This document shows positions 1-10,200 of a stretch of 57,093 nt of DNA, piece after piece. Made by a program: the position numbers and the translations under genes. Position 1 is the first letter of the stretch; each line of letters starts with the position of its first letter. This DNA is from a virus (Duplodnaviria; Caudoviricetes), in the IMG/VR virus record IMGVR_UViG_3300030397_000312, positions 1 to 57,093 of that record; one strand, 5' to 3'. Under the pieces are notes generated by a model. It had not been told where the DNA came from and did no database searches. It was given only the letters and a program-made list of their open reading frames with translations.

Positions 1-86
1 CGCACCTTCAATACGGGCGTTCCGTCCGGGAACTCCCTGCGCTGCGGGTCCGTGCCAATTCTCCCCGTGCAAATTGCCAATACCAT
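1..86 (-). CDS. ssb: single-stranded DNA-binding protein, N-terminal part (runs off the window edge)
   Basis: Manual translation MVLAICTGRIGTDPQRREFPDGTPVLKVR matches the SSB start pattern (GRLGxDPExR..P.G); AGGAGA SD upstream. Not in the ORF track. Confidence 0.75.
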   Translation of the reverse strand, partial: MVLAICTGRIGTDPQRREFPDGTPVLKV

Positions 87-294
87 AATGTTCTCCTTCT
101 TGTATAAGTAGTGTGCGGACATGATCTAGCAATATCTGAATTGCATCTGTCATATCGTCTACACCACGGCATGTGAATGCGTTTATTTTCTCGCGCCCTA
201 TTTCACCACCATACGTATGTACCACGCCATTCGCATTCTCTTCTGGCCACCGACGTACCGTCCATCCGTTTTCTATTTTGTTTATTTGGATCAT
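1..294 (-). CDS. hypothetical protein (open to the window edge)
   Basis: ATG at 294 overlaps the macrodomain stop (ATGA); MIQINKIENGWTVRRW... has no stop before the edge. Confidence 0.5.
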   Translation of the reverse strand, partial: MIQINKIENGWTVRRWPEENANGVVHTYGGEIGREKINAFTCRGVDDMTDAIQILLDHVRTLLIQEGEHYGIGNLHGENWHGPAAQGVPGRNARIEGA

Positions 295-752
295 TTATAT
301 TCTCCTACCACTATAAAGTTATCTGATAATTCCTCTAGTATCGGTCGTACTACCTCCTGTTTGAGTCCTCCTAATCCTGTTCCTAACCACGGTAGATAGA
401 ATTTCTTCTTGCGCGGCTCAGCTTCCAGGCTCCATACCTCCAATTCATCTAAATATTGTAGACTATGCACCCCACTTTCTATGAGTCCAATGTCTGCTGG
501 TTTCTTCCACGTGTACTTTGTGGGAAAGCAGATGACGTTATAATCTAATACCGTCCAGACAAATGGCTCCTCATTTGCTCTAATAATCTCTCCATAAAGT
601 TTGGCGAGTTTGGGATACCGGCGCTTCGCTTGGCGAGCAACACCGGCACCCATAATCGCCTCCCCTCCTAACTTTGTTTCCCAATTTGTTGGGACGATAT
701 GATACCCATCGTAATCCCATAGATTACCAGTACATATCTTCATACGTATCAA
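291..752 (-). CDS. macrodomain (ADP-ribose binding/hydrolase, DarG/TARG1-like)
   Basis: TGNLW...VPTN...MGAGVARQAKRRYP...CFPTK..WK...LPWLGTGLGGL motifs. Confidence 0.85.
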   Translation of the reverse strand: MIRMKICTGNLWDYDGYHIVPTNWETKLGGEAIMGAGVARQAKRRYPKLAKLYGEIIRANEEPFVWTVLDYNVICFPTKYTWKKPADIGLIESGVHSLQYLDELEVWSLEAEPRKKKFYLPWLGTGLGGLKQEVVRPILEELSDNFIVVGEYK

Positions 753-1023
753 ACTCCTCTAGTAGCCACGGGCGTAAATCAGCTAATTGTTCTCGCGCCT
801 CTTCAAAGCTCACTTGATATTGCTTTGCATTTTCCATATAATGAAACAAGCAGACAGTCATTTCCGTATAGAAATCTCCATACGTATTGTTCGACCAGTT
901 CGGCAACTCACCGAGCGTATGCCTCTTATCGCATTGAGGCATTTCGCAATCATATATACCAAAAGGAAATCCATCCTTACTTAAACAAGGATTCTCTTTC
1001 ACCCGATCCTCATCTTTAACCAT
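724..1023 (-). CDS. hypothetical protein
   Basis: ORF in operon; likely start MVKDED at 1023; several Cys/His. Confidence 0.5.
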   Translation of the reverse strand: MVKDEDRVKENPCLSKDGFPFGIYDCEMPQCDKRHTLGELPNWSNNTYGDFYTEMTVCLFHYMENAKQYQVSFEEAREQLADLRPWLLEEFDTYEDMYW

Positions 1024-1714
1024 TCCCTTGCTCCAATACGCGGACTCGTTCACAAAGATGGAGCAATGCTTGGCCAAAGTCTCCCGACTTCGTAAGGTCG
1101 CGTTTCTCTCCTGTGATTTCTAATACCATATTCATGGTTTCGAGGATGAATTCATATTCTCCTTCTGCGATGATACCACGGAGATGTTTTGGTCGTGCCT
1201 CTTCCCCAGAGTCCTCCTTGAGTGCGGCACGGAGTTGAGTAAGAGTGAGACTCTCATCCTTAATCCGTGCGAGCCACTCCTCTAGGGTCGTATCACGGAA
1301 CTTGCGTTCGCGTAATGTCGTGAGCTTCTGCCATCCAAAGTCTTGATAGAGGTCAAAGAACTTATCGAGACTGTAATCTAATGTCTCTACAAACCAACGA
1401 TAGTTTGCTTCCAGTCGGTAACATGTAGACATGGTACGATTCGTTAATGTCTCGCAGAAGTTTTCCCAATCTTTATAATGTCCTTCCCATAGTTCCGTCT
1501 TATCGTGTACTCGTGCGAGCATGACAGAGAGTGCTGCACTCATATACTCGAAGGTTGTATTCATGGCGGGCATCGCCCGCACTAAGTGACCCTCTGGTGC
1601 TTTCTCTAAGAACTGTACTAACTTTGGTTTATCAATATGAAAGTGTTCATTCTTTACAGCAATCTCGCGATCTGCTGGGCGGATATCGGCCCCATTATCA
1701 TCTGTATTGCCCAT
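1016..1714 (-). CDS. hypothetical phage protein, possibly DNA-binding
   Basis: 232 aa with SD; YKDWENFCE...MSTCYRL helical segment. Confidence 0.55.
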   Translation of the reverse strand: MGNTDDNGADIRPADREIAVKNEHFHIDKPKLVQFLEKAPEGHLVRAMPAMNTTFEYMSAALSVMLARVHDKTELWEGHYKDWENFCETLTNRTMSTCYRLEANYRWFVETLDYSLDKFFDLYQDFGWQKLTTLRERKFRDTTLEEWLARIKDESLTLTQLRAALKEDSGEEARPKHLRGIIAEGEYEFILETMNMVLEITGEKRDLTKSGDFGQALLHLCERVRVLEQGNG

Positions 1715-2127
1715 AATTTACTCCCTATATTTGCATGGTATAATTCACCGTCTGCATGATCCCAATAATTCGCCTTCCACGTTAATCCTGTATTATCTCC
1801 AAATAATTCCGCGTCGTACTCATCAAAACTACATGCCCAGCACGGCTCACATCGTAATACCCCTTTCTGCTGGAGGACGATGTAGAGGAGTGGCACTTTA
1901 CCCACTCCATTTGCTTCTTGCTCCATCTTATCGAGAAGCTTCGTGGTAATGCGATAGTCTAGTCGATTCTCTGAAGACTTCACTTCGATGAGATATTCAT
2001 CGGTGATAACGTCGCCTTTATACCCTGGTCGTGCCCCACTCGCGATGACGACTTCTCCATCTTCGAGCTGGGCGACGAGCTGCTGGGCTTTGTACCAGTA
2101 GCTTTCTTTAGTCTTTCTATTCGGCAT
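1654..2127 (-). CDS. PD-(D/E)XK Holliday junction resolvase-like nuclease
   Basis: ASGA...KGDVITDEYLIEVKS motif. Confidence 0.75.
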   Translation of the reverse strand: MPNRKTKESYWYKAQQLVAQLEDGEVVIASGARPGYKGDVITDEYLIEVKSSENRLDYRITTKLLDKMEQEANGVGKVPLLYIVLQQKGVLRCEPCWACSFDEYDAELFGDNTGLTWKANYWDHADGELYHANIGSKLWAIQMIMGPISAQQIARLL

Positions 2128-2360
2128 AAATCCTCTGGGAATATATGGAGTGGGTGATCTAAATCAAAACCTTCAACTGTAAACTCCGCCCACTCTAAGC
2201 TATAACTCTTATTTGTCTTGATCAGTGTTATCGTCGTCCCCGCTGGAATTATCCCCTTGGTCGTTGATATCGGAGAGGTCAAACGATAGGTCGCCCCACT
2301 GTCCACCGCTGACAGGAAACCACTCTGCGTCATCTTCTTCTTGCGTCTCGGCATTATCAT
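1980..2360 (-). CDS. hypothetical protein
   Basis: ORF with SD, but overlaps both neighbours. Confidence 0.4.
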   Translation of the reverse strand: MIMPRRKKKMTQSGFLSAVDSGATYRLTSPISTTKGIIPAGTTITLIKTNKSYSLEWAEFTVEGFDLDHPLHIFPEDLCRIERLKKATGTKPSSSSPSSKMEKSSSRVGHDQGIKATLSPMNISSK

Positions 2361-2670
2361 TCCCCTGTTCTTCTAATATCTTCTCCGCCTTGCGAATGAA
2401 TCCTGCCTGGAGTGGGAGATTTGACTGCGCGGCTATGATGCAATCATAATAGGTCAGGCGATTGCGAATCATCCATTCCCACATTTGCTCCTGTGTGGCT
2501 TCGTCTCCAATCACACTCTTTGCATCAATCTCTGCGGCTTGGATACGTTTATCTAAATCAATCAAATCGTCTCTGAGTTGTGGATGCTCTGCGAAGACTT
2601 CACGAATCATATCGTGTCGGCTCTCTTCCTTGGTTGATAAGTCTTTCAGGACTTCTAATAGTTCTTTCAT
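2209..2670 (-). CDS. hypothetical protein
   Basis: ATGA-coupled to the upstream gene; acidic tail. Confidence 0.55.
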   Translation of the reverse strand: MKELLEVLKDLSTKEESRHDMIREVFAEHPQLRDDLIDLDKRIQAAEIDAKSVIGDEATQEQMWEWMIRNRLTYYDCIIAAQSNLPLQAGFIRKAEKILEEQGNDNAETQEEDDAEWFPVSGGQWGDLSFDLSDINDQGDNSSGDDDNTDQDK

Positions 2671-2969
2671 TTCTTATGTCTCACTATTCCCTGTTCGTCA
2701 GGCTTCTCCCATTTACGTTGCTTATTGATTTTCATCTTCTCGCGGACTTCATTGATTAAGTCTGACCCTGTAAGATTTGCTACGGTACAGAGCTGTATTA
2801 AAAGTATCATTACATCTGCGTATTCTGATTTGTCTCGCGGGTCGGCAAGTATTTCATCAAGCTCCTCCTTGATGTGATTACAAATACCCTCGGCTGTGGG
2901 ATTAGGAAAGGTCTCCAGTCCCCAGCGCGACACATCCTGCCACATTAAGTCAAATTCTCTACTCATCAT
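2667..2969 (-). CDS. DUF550 / MazG-like dATP/dGTP pyrophosphohydrolase
   Basis: WGLETFP...HIKEELDEI...EYADVMILL...KMKINKQRKW; start re-called to MMSREF. Confidence 0.8.
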   Translation of the reverse strand: MMSREFDLMWQDVSRWGLETFPNPTAEGICNHIKEELDEILADPRDKSEYADVMILLIQLCTVANLTGSDLINEVREKMKINKQRKWEKPDEQGIVRHKK

Positions 2970-3996
2970 CAGTACTTCCGCTAAGCTCAGTCTCCTTATA
3001 GCGTTGGATAACCATTGGTAAGATAATTGCCTGGTCTGCCTCATATAGCTCATTGTCCTCTCGCCAGTGATCACAGATAGCTTCCTTGCTATCATACTCA
3101 CGATCACCACACTTCCATGTGCCACGTCCGTGGACATAGCCTACCATACGTCCAAAATTCCGCCATGCTTCATAGCTGTCGATCCATCCTGGGCGAAATC
3201 CATCCTTAATATATTGATAGAGATTAAATTTCCCACTGAGACCGCCTGGCCCACCGAGATTACTCTCTACACTAAAACTAAGCTCTACTTTTGGCTTATG
3301 CTTAACGGCTTTCTCCGTAATGCTGTCTTTCGCCCATGCATTAATCATACGAATACGAGTTGCAGCAAGATACATCTGCGCCTGCCCACCAGGGAGAATT
3401 GGTTTCGCGAGCGGTGATCCGCCAATCTCGTCACGCTCATGATTTAAGAGGAAGCTAGTATGAGGATTCCCTTCGCGAAGGCGATCACCTTGCTCAGCCA
3501 CAACCTGACGAATGAACTTATTCTGTACGGCTGCTTCTGGTGAATACTGTGCTTCCTCTACTGACTTTGCGAGTGTTGATTTAACGACTAAGCCACGAAG
3601 AGAGTCGGCCACTTGTGCGACTACATTCGGCTCTTCTCGCATGGTCCGTAGCCATGTATCACAGATACGTTCCATATACATTGGCGGATACACTATAAGA
3701 ACATCAGGGTCAGTATTAACACCAATGCTTCTAAAATAATCTTCGTCAAACTTATCCTCCGATGCATACCAGACAATCTCGCGGCCTGGATTCTTGCGTT
3801 GTAACTCTTTAATCATATGCGCTGTGACTGTGGTTTTCCCGCTTTTAAACTTTCCTGACAGAATGGTGATCATCCCCTCAAGAAACCCGCCCCGAAGAGC
3901 CACGTCGAGGTTCGCTATTCGTGTCGGCACGCGAACCAGTTTGGCTCGCGGTAAATTGCGAATGAGTTTGGAGTCGTCCTTCTTTGGTTTTGCCAT
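2959..3996 (-). CDS. RecA/UvsX-like recombinase
   Basis: TRIANLDVALRGG, Walker A GKFKSGKTT, Walker B VADSL, LLNHERDEIG, PGGQA. Confidence 0.85.
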   Translation of the reverse strand: MAKPKKDDSKLIRNLPRAKLVRVPTRIANLDVALRGGFLEGMITILSGKFKSGKTTVTAHMIKELQRKNPGREIVWYASEDKFDEDYFRSIGVNTDPDVLIVYPPMYMERICDTWLRTMREEPNVVAQVADSLRGLVVKSTLAKSVEEAQYSPEAAVQNKFIRQVVAEQGDRLREGNPHTSFLLNHERDEIGGSPLAKPILPGGQAQMYLAATRIRMINAWAKDSITEKAVKHKPKVELSFSVESNLGGPGGLSGKFNLYQYIKDGFRPGWIDSYEAWRNFGRMVGYVHGRGTWKCGDREYDSKEAICDHWREDNELYEADQAIILPMVIQRYKETELSGSTDDE

Positions 3997-4396
3997 GTTT
4001 CTCTCGTAACTTTCTCAGCACTTCATCGGGATCGTCTGCTTTTAGACCTTTCTCGATCTTCTTTTCTTGCTGTGCGAATGCTAATTGCTGGAGGATTTCT
4101 CTCCTGTTTGCGTAGAAAGCGCGGAACGATATTTCCAATCTTCCACCGTATTGCATATACTGCGTCGGCTTACTGAAGGCGAGTCGAAGTGCATCTTTGA
4201 AGACTGGTCCGTGCTCTCGGATAAAGCTTTTAAGATTCGCGAACTCTCTCGCCGTCCACGTAAGACGCAAGGTGGGGTAAAGTTCAGATACCGTGCTACT
4301 AAATATGAGTCGTGCTCGTTCAAAGGTAAGAGGCTTTGCATTGCGTCGTGCATCCTGAGCATCCCATGCAGCGGCGTTTCTTTCTCTGATTCCCAC
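3878..4396 (-). CDS. hypothetical protein
   Basis: GTG at 4396 with GGAG SD; lies between Bet and RecA-like genes. Confidence 0.5.
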   Translation of the reverse strand: MGIRERNAAAWDAQDARRNAKPLTFERARLIFSSTVSELYPTLRLTWTAREFANLKSFIREHGPVFKDALRLAFSKPTQYMQYGGRLEISFRAFYANRREILQQLAFAQQEKKIEKGLKADDPDEVLRKLREKHGKTKEGRLQTHSQFTASQTGSRADTNSEPRRGSSGRVS

Positions 4397-4415
4397 ATAT
4401 ATCTCCAATTCTGTA

Positions 4416-5501
4416 TTACGCAGCAGTAACGCGATCAACCTGCGTACTAAGATCGTCCAGTATTTCCTGCACTTCGTCAGGAAACATCCCATCAATTTCA
4501 TCAATGTTCTTCATTCCTGTTTGTGCTTCGAGTGTTGCATCGAAGGTGGCTTTATCAAATGCGGCAATCGCATCGACCATCTTCTTGATTTCATTCTTCT
4601 GATTATCTGTAGAGAGTGACTCATTGACCACGAGTGCACCGAGATTCTCGTATTTTGCTTGACCTTTTTCCTTTACCGTGAAAGACACTTGAATTGGCGT
4701 ATTATTCTCTAGCACAGCTTTCAAGATATCCTCGTCTACCATTTCTGGGAAGCGGAAGAATGAGAGAGACTTCTCACAAGTAGCCACTGTTTCATCGTCT
4801 CCACCTTGCATCAGATTTACCTTCACGAATCCTGGCGTTGGCCACTTCTGTCCTTCCTTCTTTTGTGGCGACTTAAACTCTAAGAGCTGTCCGTCATAGA
4901 TGATACCTGGCTCTGCACGGAATTCCGGTCCTGGCTCTGGATTCTCTGGAATATCTTTATTAAGTTTATAGGTATCACCTTGATTATCAATGTCGCGCTC
5001 TTGATCTAATTCTTCCATGACGTAGATACCTGAGTAATTAGCTGGGAATCCCTTACGGAGTGCGAGTGCTTCTGCACACTTCGCGAGCTGGCCATACGGC
5101 ATACTCTTCCACATTCCACCGTTGGCATTATACTCAGCCCATCGTGCGGTGCCAGTGAACCCGCAACGGACACCTTCGACCATCTTATAGATAGTGACGT
5201 GTGCGGCGACGATGGACTCACCGTCCATATCGAACTCTGCCTTATCGCAACCAGCATACTTCTCCGTGCGATCAGCAATCAGCCGATAGCCATCAATACC
5301 AACGACAATCATATGTTTTCCGCCACGAGGTAAGAGATAGATTTGTCGTGCGAGTGGATCAAGTCCTGTCCGTTCTATTGCATGAAAAAACTTCGTCAAG
5401 TCTTCCTCGCTCGCCCCCTTTGGGGCATATTTTCTAAAATTCTGCATTTCTTCATCGGTAAAATATTTATCCATCTCCATCTCCTTTCTACTTTCCGCCA
5501 T
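4416..5501 (-). CDS. bet: Red-beta/Bet single-strand annealing protein
   Basis: GLDPLARQIY...VGIDGYRLIADRT...WKSMPYGQLAKCAEALALRKGFP...GIYVMEEL. Confidence 0.9.
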   Translation of the reverse strand: MAESRKEMEMDKYFTDEEMQNFRKYAPKGASEEDLTKFFHAIERTGLDPLARQIYLLPRGGKHMIVVGIDGYRLIADRTEKYAGCDKAEFDMDGESIVAAHVTIYKMVEGVRCGFTGTARWAEYNANGGMWKSMPYGQLAKCAEALALRKGFPANYSGIYVMEELDQERDIDNQGDTYKLNKDIPENPEPGPEFRAEPGIIYDGQLLEFKSPQKKEGQKWPTPGFVKVNLMQGGDDETVATCEKSLSFFRFPEMVDEDILKAVLENNTPIQVSFTVKEKGQAKYENLGALVVNESLSTDNQKNEIKKMVDAIAAFDKATFDATLEAQTGMKNIDEIDGMFPDEVQEILDDLSTQVDRVTAA

Positions 5502-6093
5502 TCTTTCTCCTCATTCTTTCATGCTGTGCTGCGTAGTCGGTGCGATAATAAAGAATGTGCGAAGCTGAGTAAATCAACTCCCCCATAGAATCATCCCACT
5601 TAATTTCCTTCTCCTCTATACTGCCATCATTTCCAAGTCTTACTAATAATGCACGAGGAATTTCGGCTGCAATCATATATCCATGCATTTGCAAATCATA
5701 GACAGGGTAGAAATCTTGACCCGTCTTCCAATCTATAATACATGGACCTATATCATCCTGTACGATACAATCAATAGTACCAACATAGGGATTCTTTATG
5801 GGCGCAACCATAGAACGCTCAATAAAATCTACCTTATAATTCTGCTTCTCCCACCAGTCTTGCCATGCAGTTAACTGCACAGTATATTCTGGAGGGATAA
5901 TCACCTCTTCGTTTTGCAGAAGCTTCGCGACGCATTCGTGCATCTCCGTCCCACGTCGGGCGGCGTCTTCTGCTCCGTAAAAGCTGCTTGGTTTGATTAC
6001 GTCTAGGACAGTATGTAACGCGGGATAGATAAAACCACGTTCGTCTTTATAGCTACGTAATGTTCGGTAGGTTGTTAACTTGTATGCCATCAA
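5488..6093 (-). CDS. PD-(D/E)XK exonuclease
   Basis: AARRGTEMH, YVGTIDC, IIDWKTG, LQMHGY. Confidence 0.85.
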   Translation of the reverse strand: MMAYKLTTYRTLRSYKDERGFIYPALHTVLDVIKPSSFYGAEDAARRGTEMHECVAKLLQNEEVIIPPEYTVQLTAWQDWWEKQNYKVDFIERSMVAPIKNPYVGTIDCIVQDDIGPCIIDWKTGQDFYPVYDLQMHGYMIAAEIPRALLVRLGNDGSIEEKEIKWDDSMGELIYSASHILYYRTDYAAQHERMRRKNGGK

Positions 6094-6556
6094 TCTTCTC
6101 CAATAGGTATCCTCTCCGCTGGCCGCTACATATTCTTCTCGCTTGAGCTTGGCTTATATCGTATAGCCTCGATAACTGTGCATATGTATAGCGTCCAGTT
6201 CTATATTTACAAATCATCTCTAAAGCTGATTGATCATTCAACTTTGGAGGAACCCCTCCAGCTCGTGCGTGTCTGCCACGCTCCACTGCGTCAATACAAT
6301 TATCCCTCTGGGTTCCTAATAATAAATGCTTTGGATTACAGCATGATCTATTATCACACGAATGTCTTACCACTGTACCATGATATCCTTCGCTTTGAGG
6401 AATTTCCCCGTAAGATAATTCATAAGCCACTCGATGAACACTAACAGATTTACCCGCAATCCTAATCTTACCATAACCACCCGAATTACAGAAACCCTGC
6501 CACTCCCAACATTCATCTTCAGTAGCTTGATTCACCTTATCCCAGAAGCGTTTCAT
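6053..6556 (-). CDS. HNH homing endonuclease
   Basis: RFWDKV..CWEW..GYG..HRVAY..HSCDNRSCCNPKHLLLGTQRDN. Confidence 0.9.
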   Translation of the reverse strand: MKRFWDKVNQATEDECWEWQGFCNSGGYGKIRIAGKSVSVHRVAYELSYGEIPQSEGYHGTVVRHSCDNRSCCNPKHLLLGTQRDNCIDAVERGRHARAGGVPPKLNDQSALEMICKYRTGRYTYAQLSRLYDISQAQARRICSGQRRGYLLEKIDGIQVNNLPNIT

Positions 6557-6972
6557 CCTAAATTCCTAATACGATCCGACGCTCTTTTTGCCCGATTTGG
6601 CGTTTGCCTAGCCCATAAGCTGTCAAGCATCTCATCCGCAGCTTGATTATATTGTTTCTCGGATAAATACCTTAGTGTTTTCTTAAATCCCAATAACCCA
6701 AACAAGCCAACCTGAAAACACATTTCGGCTAATACTTGCTGTACGACGGGATCAGCATCCTCGAACCACTTGACACGACGGTTCAATATTGATACTATAC
6801 GCATGATCTTCATCTGTAAGACGAGACGCGACTCATTCTCACGAAGAGAAGTAAACCCATGACCAATAGTCCAATGACCCAAATGATCCTGATACGGCTT
6901 ACTGCGAAACCCCTCGTCTTGCTCTAATTGCTTAGAGGTCGTACTGAGAATCTTTGCGTAGTTGATCGACAT
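6553..6972 (-). CDS. GH24 (T4-like) lysozyme, endolysin
   Basis: DEGFRSKPYQDHLGHWTIGHG catalytic E/D/T motif; EMLDSLWARQTPNRA. Confidence 0.9.
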   Translation of the reverse strand: MSINYAKILSTTSKQLEQDEGFRSKPYQDHLGHWTIGHGFTSLRENESRLVLQMKIMRIVSILNRRVKWFEDADPVVQQVLAEMCFQVGLFGLLGFKKTLRYLSEKQYNQAADEMLDSLWARQTPNRAKRASDRIRNLG

Positions 6973-6978
6973 GCTGCA

Positions 6979-7007
6979 AGTATACCATATGCATCATTTG
7001 AAGTCAA
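6979..7007 (-). promoter_or_regulatory. sigma70-type promoter, leaderless lysozyme transcript
   Basis: TTGACT-N17-TATACT; ATG 6 nt downstream, no SD. Confidence 0.7.
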
Positions 7008-7011
7008 CCCC

Positions 7012-7203
7012 TTAGAGGGGATGACCAAACAATGATGTCTCTACTGTTGCTATTTCTTCTTCTGTTGATACGCGAGGCATACCATCTGCGGCGATCTCTT
7101 TCTCCTTTTGTTTGTAGAGTTTGAGTCTCCGCTCTAGTAAGTCATCACGCCTCCACGGTGGGAGGTCTGGTAGACAATGATCTTTGATATTAAATTTCTT
7201 CAC
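7012..7203 (-). CDS. hypothetical protein
   Basis: GTG start with GAGG SD right after the large gene. Confidence 0.55.
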   Translation of the reverse strand: MKKFNIKDHCLPDLPPWRRDDLLERRLKLYKQKEKEIAADGMPRVSTEEEIATVETSLFGHPL

Positions 7204-7204
7204 T

Positions 7205-10200
7205 CTATTTTCCTCTCTGGAAGTATTGAGCTAATCCGCGAACCTCTTCGTCAGTTCCTTTCTCTATAAGACCTGCTTCTTTCATATCTGTTCGCATATC
7301 TTCTAAGATTTCTCCGACGAGTTTCGTGTCTCCTTCTTCCTCCGTTGTGGCTAAATGTTTATATTGCGCTTTCCATCCTTCAATCTGATCGCCATGCGAT
7401 GGGTTCGCAAAGAAGTCTCGCACCTTCTTCGGGAGCTTAATGGATTTTCCCTTCGTGTTCGATACTTTTGTCTGGCGAACGATCTTCTTTGGCTTATAGC
7501 TCGTAGCCTTACTCTTCGCATCGTCTAATGAGATTGATGCACCAATAATCTTCCCATCTTTTGTTTGCGCTTGCCAGTTTCCCTTTTCCATCACGACTCG
7601 TGCACCACTCTCGTGGATATGCTCGCCGTATGATTGCTCCACCCAGCCTTCAGGGTCTCTCTCGATATGTCTGGATGGTGTACTGGCTGGCGTTACTTTC
7701 TGCGCAGCTTTTTTCACCACCTTCTTCACTGGCCTCTTCTTCGGTGGTTCTACTTTCGGTGGAGTTTCAACTTCTCCCTTTTCCTCTGCTACGCGAGCCT
7801 GTCCTTCTGCTTGCTGCGCTGCTGCCTCGGCTTCTGGAGTTGTCGCTGTAGCGCGAGTCTGCGGTTTCCGTTTCCGCTTCACAGCAGGTTTCTTCGCAGT
7901 GGATTCTGGCGTTGCATCAAATGGCTCAGTTAGGTCTTTCGAGCCAACTGGATTTAATAAACTCCTCTGCTTTTTCGCGGCTTCTTTTTGAGCTGCCTCT
8001 TTTTCATCAGGTAGTGACTCCTTTTCAGCTTTCTTATGTGCATCGAATCGTGCACGAAGCATATTATCGTTGACTTTCTCTTCCGCGACCGCAGCAAGAT
8101 GCTTCAACATATCGTTGTGACGATCTATCATGTCCATATCTGCACTTGGTAAACCTGCATCTATGGCGAATTGCGTCATCCATTCATTGAATGCACTGTT
8201 TCGCCCGCCCTTCTGCAAAGCGCCAAGGTCAATAGTGACAGTACGCTTCTTACCATCGTCATATGTGACATCATTCAGTTGGGCTTCAAGCTTGATCTTA
8301 ATCTGCTTCTTGAGGCGATTCATATTTCGCGAGAAGCTACTACGCTTGTCGGAATCCAACCCTGGTGCGAAATGCTCACGGAAGAGGTACTTCGCAATAT
8401 CTCGCCTTAAGTCTGGACTTGCATTGCGTAAGGCAACAGTCTTCGCTTCACCAAGCCGCCCTTTATATGTTGTGAGCGCTTCATCAGTAATGACAGGAAT
8501 AGCGCGAGCCATCATTGCTCCCTGTGCTTCTGTCTTGATATCCGCATGATCAGCTAAGCCTGCATGACGAGATTCTTTCTTCTTCTCGCGTGGACGTACT
8601 TCTGCTTTCCCACGGTCGGTGACTTGAATCTTTCGATCCTTCCACTCAAAGAGTTCTGTAAATCCAGGTGCGAGGTCTCTGTCGGTATGTGGCTTTGGCG
8701 GAATCATAGCTTCTGGATCAGCTCCAGCAGCTTTCTTCTCTTCGTATGTACGCGGTTTCTTCTTATTCACCTTCGTACCCACATCACCCGTAATCTCTTT
8801 ATAGAGTGGACCTTCACCCTTCACCGCTTTCGGTGTTGGCATCTTATGTTTCTTGCGAAACGCTTCATAAGTTTGCTTATCTGACGCACCAGGAATCTGC
8901 TTCGGTTCCGTTGGCATCCCGACCTGAATATTCTCTTCCTTGAAGTCACGGACTGGTGGTGCCGGGAAGTCTTTCTGTGGAGAATCATGCGTCGTATCAA
9001 CCCATGTGGATGATTGTTTGCGATCACGACGACGATCTAATACCTCTGCTTCCGCAGTTGTGCCACGCATACCAGCACCTAAACGCTTGGCTGCCAGTTG
9101 AATTTCACCAGATCGTTTCCGCGCTTCTCTGACTTGTGCTTTCGTCTGGACACGTTCCTTGAAGCCAGTAGCAGGAATTAATTCCCACTCGCCAGACTCT
9201 TCCATTGCGCGGAGGCGTTGGCTTTCATTGATCCAATCTTCCTTCTTCCACGTCAGCACATCTGGACCAATAGGATCAACACCTTCTAAGATGCTATATT
9301 TGTCAGCACGTTTATTAGAGAATTCCTTGTTCGATGCGGGGCCAAAATACTTACCCATCTGCGTGCGACCAGGCGGAAGTTCAATAGACGAAGCTGTCAC
9401 TAAAGCTGCGGCATCATCTCCAGCCATTGCGCTCTGTACAATACTCTTCCAGTCTCCGTATGGGACTTTCCGTACTTCATCATTGACTTGGACTGGTATC
9501 GCTAGTCGTTTAATAATGTTCTCACGTTGTTTGAGTGCGAGCTGTCGTCGCGCTTGTGAGGTGTCTGGAATCTTATCAGCCGCAATACCCATATCTCTCA
9601 GGAGATCATGTTCCTGCTGAGCGCGGACACTATCATTATCGGTACGCGGGAGAGCGGCCATAAAAGTACGATGGCCATCGTCCTTTGCGCCTTTCTCTAG
9701 CTTCCCCTTTGGTGGTGTCAGTGCCTTCAGAGCCTTCCGCGAGAACTCATTCATCGGAGTGACCTTATCCATCTCCTTGAGAACACTACGTTCTGGCTTT
9801 GCGGCTGGCTCACCTTTCATGCCGGGAGGTACAACAGGGACTACACCAGAAGGAATTGCTACATCTTCACCCGTGTCTTCATCTTCTGCGACAATTTCAC
9901 CAGGCTTATTATAAATATCTTCTAATGCTCCAGCTTTAATACGTTTCCGTACCTTCTCATTGACTAATGAGGCGCGAGCCACATCAAGACTCTTCTCGCC
10001 ATCATCACTAGTAACATTTAAATCAAGCTCTTCCGCGATAGTCAGGAGTTCTGGATCATCTTCCATATACATATTGCGGAGCTGTTTCTTATATGCGGCT
10101 GCACCAGTCTTTGCTGCATTCGATAAGTCTGCCCGCTTGTCAACAGGCACATCTTTCATCGTATCAACTGGCCCTGGAGCCTTCTCTTCGATCACCGATA

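Noticed and set aside
2667-2969. Z-genome (2-aminoadenine) pathway suggested by DUF550
   Set aside because: No PurZ, DatZ or DNA polymerase in the window; cannot be excluded outside it.
6053-6556. Terminal duplication around this HNH and the one at 24208
   Set aside because: No convincing duplicated peptide; only a two-codon GAG-stop echo near 24230.
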